DNA of 64,000 nt from Candidatus Latescibacterota bacterium (GTDB lineage Bacteria > Latescibacterota > UBA2968): NCBI GenBank assembly GCA_965222605.1, contig OZ244960.1:5056001-5120000 (forward strand), in the 5' to 3' direction. Numbering within the stretch: the stretch's first letter is position 1; every line of letters starts with the position of its first letter. Shown here piece after piece: positions 57,098 through 64,000 of the stretch. Below the pieces are notes generated by a model. That model saw only the letters and a list, made by a program, of their open reading frames with translations, had not been told where the DNA came from and did no database searches. Made by a program: the position numbers and the translations under genes.

Positions 57098-58243
57098 ATG
57101 AAAATCGCCAAAATCGAACAATTCTTTCCCCGTAGGAGAATGCGCTTGATTAAAATTACGACCGATACCGGTATTGTCGGCTGGGGGGAAACTACTCTTG
57201 AGGGCAAACCCAAAAGCACATGGGCCGCCGTAGAAGAACTGGCCGATTACCTCATTGGGAAAGATCCCCTGCGGATTGAGCACCACTGGCAACATATTTA
57301 CCGATCTGCTTTTTATCGCGGGGGCAATGTGCTTATGACGGCTCTTTCGGGTATTGACCAGGCGCTTTGGGATATTGCTGGTAAGTACTTTAATGTGCCG
57401 ACCTATCAGCTTCTCGGGGGACCGGTGCGCGACCGCATTCGCGTCTATGCCCATTGGGGGATTCGCGACAGTTCAGAACGCGGCCTGGACTCTGCGCGCG
57501 AGCGTCTCGAAATGCTGCAAAAAAAGGGTGGGTACAAAGCTTTTAAATCGGGACCCGGTGGCAAGTGGCGCGCCCACGAACCTCCCGCGGTGATCGATCA
57601 CTTTGTCAAATGTGCCTACACCATGCGCGAGTGGGTTGGCGATGATTGCGAACTCTGTTTTGATTTTCACGGCAAGATGACGCCCGCACTCGCCGTGGAA
57701 ATCTGCCACGAGATCAAAGGTATGCGTCCCATGTTTGTCGAAGAACCCGTGCCACAAGAAAATGTCGATGCGCTCAAACACGTTTCCGACCATGTACCTT
57801 TTCCCATTGCCACGGGCGAACGCCTGCTTTCGCGCTGGGAGTTTCGCACTGTTTTTGAAAAAAATGCCGTTGCCTATATCCAGCCTGACGGATCGCATGC
57901 AGGCGGTATTTCCGAACTCAAACGCATTGCGAACATGGCCGAAGTGTATTACGTGCACATCATGCCGCACTGTGCCATTGGGCCGGTTGCTTTTTCCGCA
58001 TGTATGCAGGTTGATGCCGCTGTGCCCAATTTTCTCATTCAAGAGCAAGTCGATGCGGGCCTGGGTGAGGATCTCTTACAAGCCCCCTGGGTTGTCAAAG
58101 ATGGACATATTGACTTGCCCACCAGGCCTGGCCTGGGCTTTGACCTTATACCCAAAGAAGCCGAACAAAATATCGGGGTGTACGAAGAAGAACTCGGCGG
58201 GGAATACTTTTACGAAAACGATGGCAGTGTTGCGGATTGGTAA
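57098..58243 (+). CDS. dgoD: Galactonate dehydratase-like enolase superfamily enzyme
   Basis: 'GIVGWGE', 'IEHHWQ..YR..FYRGG', 'SGIDQALWDI', 'DFHG', 'EEP', 'ATGER', 'PHC', C-terminal 'DGSVADW'. Confidence 0.82.
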   Translation: MKIAKIEQFFPRRRMRLIKITTDTGIVGWGETTLEGKPKSTWAAVEELADYLIGKDPLRIEHHWQHIYRSAFYRGGNVLMTALSGIDQALWDIAGKYFNVPTYQLLGGPVRDRIRVYAHWGIRDSSERGLDSARERLEMLQKKGGYKAFKSGPGGKWRAHEPPAVIDHFVKCAYTMREWVGDDCELCFDFHGKMTPALAVEICHEIKGMRPMFVEEPVPQENVDALKHVSDHVPFPIATGERLLSRWEFRTVFEKNAVAYIQPDGSHAGGISELKRIANMAEVYYVHIMPHCAIGPVAFSACMQVDAAVPNFLIQEQVDAGLGEDLLQAPWVVKDGHIDLPTRPGLGFDLIPKEAEQNIGVYEEELGGEYFYENDGSVADW

Positions 58244-58246
58244 TAT

Positions 58247-59155
58247 ATGAACGAAATAACAGAACAACCTGACAAAATGGGCAAGTCGTTTCTCGATCTC
58301 GTCAAACGGGGTGAAACGCGCTGGATACGATATATTTTAACACTGCTGATTATTATTGCCATCTGGACTTTTGGCAGTGGCGCGGTTCTGTTCGGTGTTT
58401 ATGGCTCTGAACCCGAAGGTTTTCCCATGGATGGCACAAATCCTTTTCTGGATTTCATTGCCCTCAACTTGCTCTTTGTCACGGTGCTGATCGGCCTGTG
58501 GATTGGCATTCGCAACGCACACAAACGCTCTTTACGCACGCTGATTACGCCACGCGACCGCATCCGCTGGGGGCGCATATTTCAGGGCTTTGGTTTGCAA
58601 ATGGGCCTGGGTATTGTCTTTGCAGCTATTGACGCTCTGCTCTTTCCCGATAACTACACTTATACTCTGGACCCCGAACGTTTTTACAAATTCGTCCTTC
58701 TCGTCCTTCTTCTCACTCCCTTCCAGACTACTACCGAAGAATTGCTCACGCGCAGTTACTTTTTGCAAATGCTCGGTCACTTCACGCGACATCCCATTGT
58801 CCTCGTTATTCTCAATGCCCTGCCCTTTGCCTTGTTCCATTTGATGAATCCCGAGATCGCAGCGTATGGCGTAATGCCCATGTTGATCTCCTACTTTGTC
58901 GTCGGTGCATTTCTCTCCTTCGTCACGCTCAAAGATAACGGAGCAGAACTCGCCATTGGTATTCATGCCGCGAATAACATGTTTGCAGCGGTCCTCGTCA
59001 ATTACAAAGGCTCCGCGCTATCCACCAATGCCATCTTTACGATAAGTGAGGTCAATGTTTGGTCAGGCACGGTTGCTTACATCGTCTCCGCAGCCATTAT
59101 GTATCGGATATTGTTCCGCAATCACAAATCTGAACCAGTCATCGCTTTTCAGTAG
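58247..59155 (+). CDS. CPBP (CAAX/Abi) intramembrane metalloprotease
   Basis: Multi-TM protein with 'EELLTR', 'FALFH', 'AIGIHAANN'. Confidence 0.88.
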   Translation: MNEITEQPDKMGKSFLDLVKRGETRWIRYILTLLIIIAIWTFGSGAVLFGVYGSEPEGFPMDGTNPFLDFIALNLLFVTVLIGLWIGIRNAHKRSLRTLITPRDRIRWGRIFQGFGLQMGLGIVFAAIDALLFPDNYTYTLDPERFYKFVLLVLLLTPFQTTTEELLTRSYFLQMLGHFTRHPIVLVILNALPFALFHLMNPEIAAYGVMPMLISYFVVGAFLSFVTLKDNGAELAIGIHAANNMFAAVLVNYKGSALSTNAIFTISEVNVWSGTVAYIVSAAIMYRILFRNHKSEPVIAFQ

Positions 59156-59177
59156 ATTCAGGTTTTAAATGAAAAAG

Positions 59178-59222
59178 ACAAATGGGAGATATGGCTTTTA
59201 GCCGTGTCTCCCATTTGTTTAT
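59178..59222 (+). terminator. Intrinsic terminator hairpin
   Basis: 19-bp stem ACAAATGGGAGATATGGCT / AGCCGTGTCTCCCATTTGT (two G-U pairs) followed by TT. Confidence 0.7.
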
Positions 59223-59422
59223 CCAGCGATGAGAAAAGGCCAATAACGTGTCCAGTTTTCAGATACTCATCAGCGCAGCTTTGCGAGGATCGGATTCGAC
59301 AGGGTGAAGCTTGGGAAATGCCTCGGATTATAACTTGCACCATCATCGCATTCATAATAAATTAGGGAAGATACAATAAGTGCGATTCATCCTGATTATA
59401 CCACAGCCGAAAGGAGGCGTTT

Positions 59423-60133
59423 ATGATCCGATTCCGAAGTATTCTGTTTGGCGGAGTTCTTGTGCTGGTCCTGGGGGGAATCTCATTTGCCCAGGATTTT
59501 ACCCCCCGAGTAGGCATCGGGGGGAATATCAGTCTGAACCTGCCCGTACTGGGACTCCGAACCTGGTTTACGCAGGCCCCGCAATTCGGGGTCAATATAG
59601 TGTATCATCGCCATGCGCGGACAGAGGTGGAGTTCGAATACTACCACGCCCGGTTTGACGGTGGGAGTCTGGAGGATGCCGAGTTTATGTGGGCACCGAC
59701 CGGTACCACAGATCTTCAGTCTTACAAAAGTCCCAACGCGAAGTCCAAAATGCGTTTTCACAGCTTCCTGGTCAACGGCGTCTTCTTTTTTCACAAAGAG
59801 CTCAACAGTCAAAAAGCTCGGCCTTATTTTGCATTCGGGAGTGGTCTTTATCACTACCGTACCACTGAAACAGGGCTCATCTTTCCAGGACAGACGGGTA
59901 ATGCGTTGGACACCAGCATTGTCCTGGAACCCGACGGGAATGTCCGAACGACTGTGGGTATCAATTTTGGTCTGGGCATTGCTTTCTATACATCCGATCG
60001 ATTCGCCCTTGATTTGCGTGGTCGATACCACATTATCATAGGTCAGTTACGCCCCATGGAGGCGTGGGGATTGAAGCAGGTTTATCCCCTCCATGCGCTG
60101 GACCTGGGTATTCGCGTGAAGACCTACTTTTAG
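59423..60133 (+). CDS. Outer-membrane beta-barrel protein (OmpA-like 8-strand)
   Basis: AAGGAGG RBS, signal peptide, 'RPYFAFGSGLY', 'GINFGLG', C-terminal 'RVKTYF'. Confidence 0.8.
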   Translation: MIRFRSILFGGVLVLVLGGISFAQDFTPRVGIGGNISLNLPVLGLRTWFTQAPQFGVNIVYHRHARTEVEFEYYHARFDGGSLEDAEFMWAPTGTTDLQSYKSPNAKSKMRFHSFLVNGVFFFHKELNSQKARPYFAFGSGLYHYRTTETGLIFPGQTGNALDTSIVLEPDGNVRTTVGINFGLGIAFYTSDRFALDLRGRYHIIIGQLRPMEAWGLKQVYPLHALDLGIRVKTYF

Positions 60134-60145
60134 GGGGAATACAAT

Positions 60146-63100
60146 ATGCGAGAATTAAAACGAATTCTCCTGTGGGGCATGGCGCTGAGTCTGATTCTGA
60201 TCGGCGCTGACTTGACATTCGCCGCAACTACAGGAAAGCTCTCCGGTACCGTCAGAGACGCCCAGGGGCAACCGCTTCCCGGAGCCAATGTGGTCGTCAA
60301 AGGGATGCGTTTGGGGGCCACCACAGACGCCGAAGGAATCTATTTTATTCTTACCGTACCACCCGGGGTGCACACATTGACTGCCTCTCTGGTGGGCTAT
60401 GGAACGATCTCCCAAACCGATGTAAAAGTCGCCGTTGACCTGACTACGACGGTCGATTTCGCGCTGGAGGAAATAGCTCTACAGGCCACAGAACTGATTG
60501 TGATTGCCCAGCGTCCACCTGTGGAACTGGATAAAACCACCAGCAAATACATCCTGGGATCAGAGGATATTGAGTCACTCCCCATCGTCAGAAGCGTATC
60601 TGAACTCGTCGCTTTACAGCCCGGCGTTTTGCCGGAGGGAAATGACATGATCCGCGGCACCGGTGCCGCGGATGTGACCTATTACGTAGATGGAATCCCC
60701 ATCGTGACTACCGATGGCGTGGGTGCATTTGATCGATTCCAGTTTCAAAATATATCGGCTGTCCAGGAACTCACCGTATTGACCGGAGGATGGGAGGCAG
60801 AATATGGCAATGCCCAGGCCGGTATCATCAACCTTGTCACTCGGGAGGCGGGGGAAAATTATTCGGGGCGGTTGGAGTACAAGTTTGATCCTTCGGGCAA
60901 AAGACACTGGGGCAACAACGTTTACGACGCCCCTCAGTTTAGAAATGAATTGAAGTGGGGGAATGCCGCCTGGGAAAATGAGACGGATCCCGAAATGGGA
61001 CAAAATATCCACCAGCGGATCGATTATACCGGTGCAGCAGGCCATTTCATAGAGGCGAATCTATCTGGCCCGCTTACGCCTGACGCCGGGCTATTCGTCA
61101 GCACTCGCTTTGATCGGTCCTCCCGTTCGTTTCCTTCCTCTTCCTCGCACACTCCGGGAAATACGCGCAATACAGTCAAGCTAAATTACAATATGTCAGA
61201 CAATATAAAGGTCAAGCTCGGCGGATTCTACCATTGGGGCAAAGGGTGGAACAACGGCATCAGTTTGGATAGAAGTGCCACGGCCGGCGCCATTCGAGGT
61301 CTGGGAGACGGTGGGAGAAACATCTTTCTACCGGAAGGAAGTTCTGCGGGACGGTTCACGGATAGTGAGAGTTTGATCTACGCCTCTTTGACCCATACCT
61401 TGAGTCCAAAGACATTCTATGAAGCCAAAATATCGCGCTCTTTCTCCAAACAGGATACCAGCGATATTCCCGTAGCTACCCAGCCCTTGCGCAGGGATGC
61501 GGCCGGGTACTTCAACCTGTCGCGCGACGTGCGTGCCTACGAAATTTCAGCGCGCGCGCGTTACAACGTCAAGTTCGATATTTCCAGCCAGATCACGAGA
61601 GGGCATCTGGTCAAGGCCGGGGTTGAACTCACCTATTCCGACGCCTGGGCATTTGGGGAGATTGGAGAAAACGAATCCCGCCGCGTCGTTGCCTTTTACT
61701 CAAAAGATGGAGCTCAGGATGGGAACTTTCAGCGGGGAATCAACCCTTTCCAGTGGGGACTCTATCTGCAAGATAAGATGGAATTCAGCGGCATGATCGT
61801 CAACGCAGGCGTTCGCCTGGATGGATTCCAAAATGGAGAAAAAGGCTCCGCAGTTCCACCTTTTGAAACATCACCTATGTACAACAAACTCCGACATTTC
61901 CGAAACGCACCACGGACAGACGCCGATGCCAAAATCGCGTTCAGCCCTCGATTGGGCGTTTCTCACCCCATCACCGCTGCGAGCACTATCCGGTTTTTCT
62001 ACGGGAGATTTTACAAATTTCCGAATCTCTGGACGATGAACCGACAGGTCTGGGTGGGGAGTTTCCCCGACATCGACATCAACGGCAACGGGCAAATCGA
62101 CCCCGAGGAGCGGTACAATGATCTCGGAAAGGAAAACCAGATCGGCGTTGGAAACGTGGCCACACCACCCGAAAAAACCACCAGTTTTGAGGTGGGAACC
62201 GACTGGAACGTGGTTTCGGACTATACCCTGTCGCTAACCGCCTACTACAAAACGGTAGATAATCAGTTGTCCACTGGTACAACGGGTGGCGAGACGACGA
62301 TTTGGCAGGATCCCGGCACGGGGAGAACCGAGCAGATCCGCGTCAACCTGAGCATCAGGTATGAGGACGTCAAGGGAATTGAGCTTGGTTTCCAGAAGCG
62401 ATTCAGCAATAACTTCGCGTTTCAGACTTCCTTTAACGCGCAGTGGCTATCGGGAGGGCGTGGAGGGGGAGCAGGAGACCGGTTCTTCCCGGATTCAACG
62501 TGGGTCGCCGCTGGAAATTACTGGTTTGGCTATGAGAGTCGAAACGGGCAGGAGGTTCCGATTCCCCTGACCCAGGATGAAATCCGAGAAATCGGATCCA
62601 AAGCGAATCAACTCCTTCGCGACATCCGGGCAGGTGGTGGTCCCAGCAAGGGGCAGGCAGGACCGAATGAACATTTTCTAGCGGCTATTGAAAAGGAACC
62701 CGGCATCTGGGCTATTACCCCCATTCTTTCCGAGCTGAATATTGGCGGCATACGAGGCAGGGACAGAACGGCATTTGGGAGCGTGGCGTTTCTCTACCGA
62801 ACGCCGAGCAATTGGGGCCCAAAGGTTGGCGAAGCGGGTTTGTTCGGAAATATCCAGGCCAACATGATCTATCGCATGCAGACCGGCAGCCGGTTCGAAT
62901 ACTCGCTTCCGGAAGGTGGCGTGGAGGAACGAAATGAACCGCTTCGCACCTGGATTGATTTGAATGCCCAAAAGACGTTCTACGGCCTGAGGGACCGCTT
63001 CGACGTCACGTTGTTCGTCGAAACATACAATCTGTTCAATCAGAAAGATCGGCGGGCAAGAAACTTCGATTATATCCAATGGGGTTTGAGAAAACCCAGG

Positions 63101-63199
63101 CCAACAGACCAGCGCTACAAGGATTTTGGAGATCCGAACGACAGGGCTTTTCTGGGTTTCCCAAGGCAGGTGCATTTGGGATTGAGACTCAGTTTCTAA
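60146..63199 (+). CDS. TonB-dependent receptor with carboxypeptidase-regulatory-like N-domain
   Basis: 'TGKLSGTV.D..GQPLPGANV', plug 'GGWEAEYGNAQAGIINLVT', 'YLQDKME', 'NAGVRLD', 'SPRLGVSHPIT', C-terminal 'PRQVHLGLRLSF'. Confidence 0.92.
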   Translation: MRELKRILLWGMALSLILIGADLTFAATTGKLSGTVRDAQGQPLPGANVVVKGMRLGATTDAEGIYFILTVPPGVHTLTASLVGYGTISQTDVKVAVDLTTTVDFALEEIALQATELIVIAQRPPVELDKTTSKYILGSEDIESLPIVRSVSELVALQPGVLPEGNDMIRGTGAADVTYYVDGIPIVTTDGVGAFDRFQFQNISAVQELTVLTGGWEAEYGNAQAGIINLVTREAGENYSGRLEYKFDPSGKRHWGNNVYDAPQFRNELKWGNAAWENETDPEMGQNIHQRIDYTGAAGHFIEANLSGPLTPDAGLFVSTRFDRSSRSFPSSSSHTPGNTRNTVKLNYNMSDNIKVKLGGFYHWGKGWNNGISLDRSATAGAIRGLGDGGRNIFLPEGSSAGRFTDSESLIYASLTHTLSPKTFYEAKISRSFSKQDTSDIPVATQPLRRDAAGYFNLSRDVRAYEISARARYNVKFDISSQITRGHLVKAGVELTYSDAWAFGEIGENESRRVVAFYSKDGAQDGNFQRGINPFQWGLYLQDKMEFSGMIVNAGVRLDGFQNGEKGSAVPPFETSPMYNKLRHFRNAPRTDADAKIAFSPRLGVSHPITAASTIRFFYGRFYKFPNLWTMNRQVWVGSFPDIDINGNGQIDPEERYNDLGKENQIGVGNVATPPEKTTSFEVGTDWNVVSDYTLSLTAYYKTVDNQLSTGTTGGETTIWQDPGTGRTEQIRVNLSIRYEDVKGIELGFQKRFSNNFAFQTSFNAQWLSGGRGGGAGDRFFPDSTWVAAGNYWFGYESRNGQEVPIPLTQDEIREIGSKANQLLRDIRAGGGPSKGQAGPNEHFLAAIEKEPGIWAITPILSELNIGGIRGRDRTAFGSVAFLYRTPSNWGPKVGEAGLFGNIQANMIYRMQTGSRFEYSLPEGGVEERNEPLRTWIDLNAQKTFYGLRDRFDVTLFVETYNLFNQKDRRARNFDYIQWGLRKPRPTDQRYKDFGDPNDRAFLGFPRQVHLGLRLSF

Positions 63200-63213
63200 G
63201 AGGATAAGACAAC

Positions 63214-64000
63214 ATGACTACTATAAAAAGAAAAAGTGTCTTGTTTCTGCTTTTTCCATTGCTGGCGACCCTCTTGCTAACTTCGGAATTGTGGGCGCAG
63301 TCGAGTCCCTTCCAGAGGAAATTCCGACACATGACGCGGGGGAAGGTCTGGCATACGTACAGGAACGGACTCACAGGTCGGGTTCACCGGCAGGTGATGA
63401 GGGATATAGCTGGTATGCAATATCCGGGTTCCATCATTCCGCTGGAACCCACCGAGTTTGAGCAATACTGGAGCTTTGTCAACTATCACTGGTATCCGCG
63501 GTTTACCCGCCGATACGATACCTCTCGAGGCGAGGGTGTAATGATTCTAACAAGAGATCACGGCACCTCGGCAGTTGGCCCGAGTCAGGAATCCGAGGAT
63601 ATTCGGGAAAAGGTATATGACATTGTCAACAGCCCGGAAAAAGATCTGGGATTTATGACCGCCTCCCACTTTACCGGGTTCAGCCCAATGTCCAACTACT
63701 GGCCCGGAGCACCTCCAATTGTAGGTGAGCCTGTGGAGATCCACAACCACGACTATGGGCGGTATATCGGGGACGATTCTCAAGGTGAGGAAATTCTCAT
63801 CACGGCATGGTCCTCCAAAACGGGTATCAGTGTGTCGCAAAAAGCCTTTTCCTGGAGCTATCCCGACTTTGACGACTTCATCATCTACGAATATACTTTC
63901 CACAACAATGGAGACGCCAACGGAGACGGCCAGCCGGATCCCGGTATGCCCGTGCAACTCAACGACGTCTATTTTGCGTTCGTAAACATCATGACCATCT
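63214..64000 (+). CDS. Large secreted hypothetical protein (partial, runs off window; absent from ORF track)
   Basis: ATG 63214 after GAGGA, open to the window end. Translates as MTTIKRKSVLFLLFPLLATLLLTSELWAQ...AFSWSYPDFDDFIIYEYTFHNNGDANGDGQPD... Confidence 0.8.
   Translation, partial: MTTIKRKSVLFLLFPLLATLLLTSELWAQSSPFQRKFRHMTRGKVWHTYRNGLTGRVHRQVMRDIAGMQYPGSIIPLEPTEFEQYWSFVNYHWYPRFTRRYDTSRGEGVMILTRDHGTSAVGPSQESEDIREKVYDIVNSPEKDLGFMTASHFTGFSPMSNYWPGAPPIVGEPVEIHNHDYGRYIGDDSQGEEILITAWSSKTGISVSQKAFSWSYPDFDDFIIYEYTFHNNGDANGDGQPDPGMPVQLNDVYFAFVNIMTI

Noticed and set aside
57029-57454. Minus-strand ORFs ending 'TTDGHRWTQM' / 'PQMDTDGHR'
   Set aside because: Antisense shadows of dgoD that read through the decamer tandem repeat.
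58247-59155. CPBP/Abi protease as a phage defence or bacteriocin immunity gene
   Set aside because: No precursor peptide or defence neighbours. The family is widespread with housekeeping roles.

Overview
Bacterial chromosomal segment of roughly 50% GC, densely coding, with no rRNA, tRNA, CRISPR array or transposase visible. Its gene content suggests a heterotrophic, probably host-associated (e.g. sponge-type) member of the FCB/Latescibacterota-Gemmatimonadota neighbourhood. That placement is an inference from expanded Gfo/Idh/MocA, MDR, TIM-barrel, PhyH, sulfatase and HpcH families, a dockerin-like tagged secreted protein and a non-SusD TonB locus. Main blocks: (1) GNAT, prs and envelope genes; (2) a long minus-strand catabolic run interrupted by a Phd/VapC TA pair and containing a PAC2-family gene; (3) a low-GC mini defence island (GmrSD-like DUF262-DUF1524 plus MNT/HEPN) translationally coupled to two paralogous amidohydrolases resembling AibH1H2-type dinuclear monooxygenases, followed by an HpcH aldolase; (4) esterases and MDR-Gfo/Idh/MocA pairs; (5) a signal-less DUF1800-DUF1501-NHL operon; (6) a complete alternative complex III (actABCDEF, G-like) plus SCO and caa3-type A2 oxidase operon, whose promoter-like element is duplicated in front of an adjacent desaturase-family gene; (7) a GH-like propeller, dgoD-like dehydratase, CPBP protease, and an OMP + TonB receptor + large secreted protein cassette that runs off the window end. 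Start codons were adjusted by eye where an RBS or gene overlap supported it.
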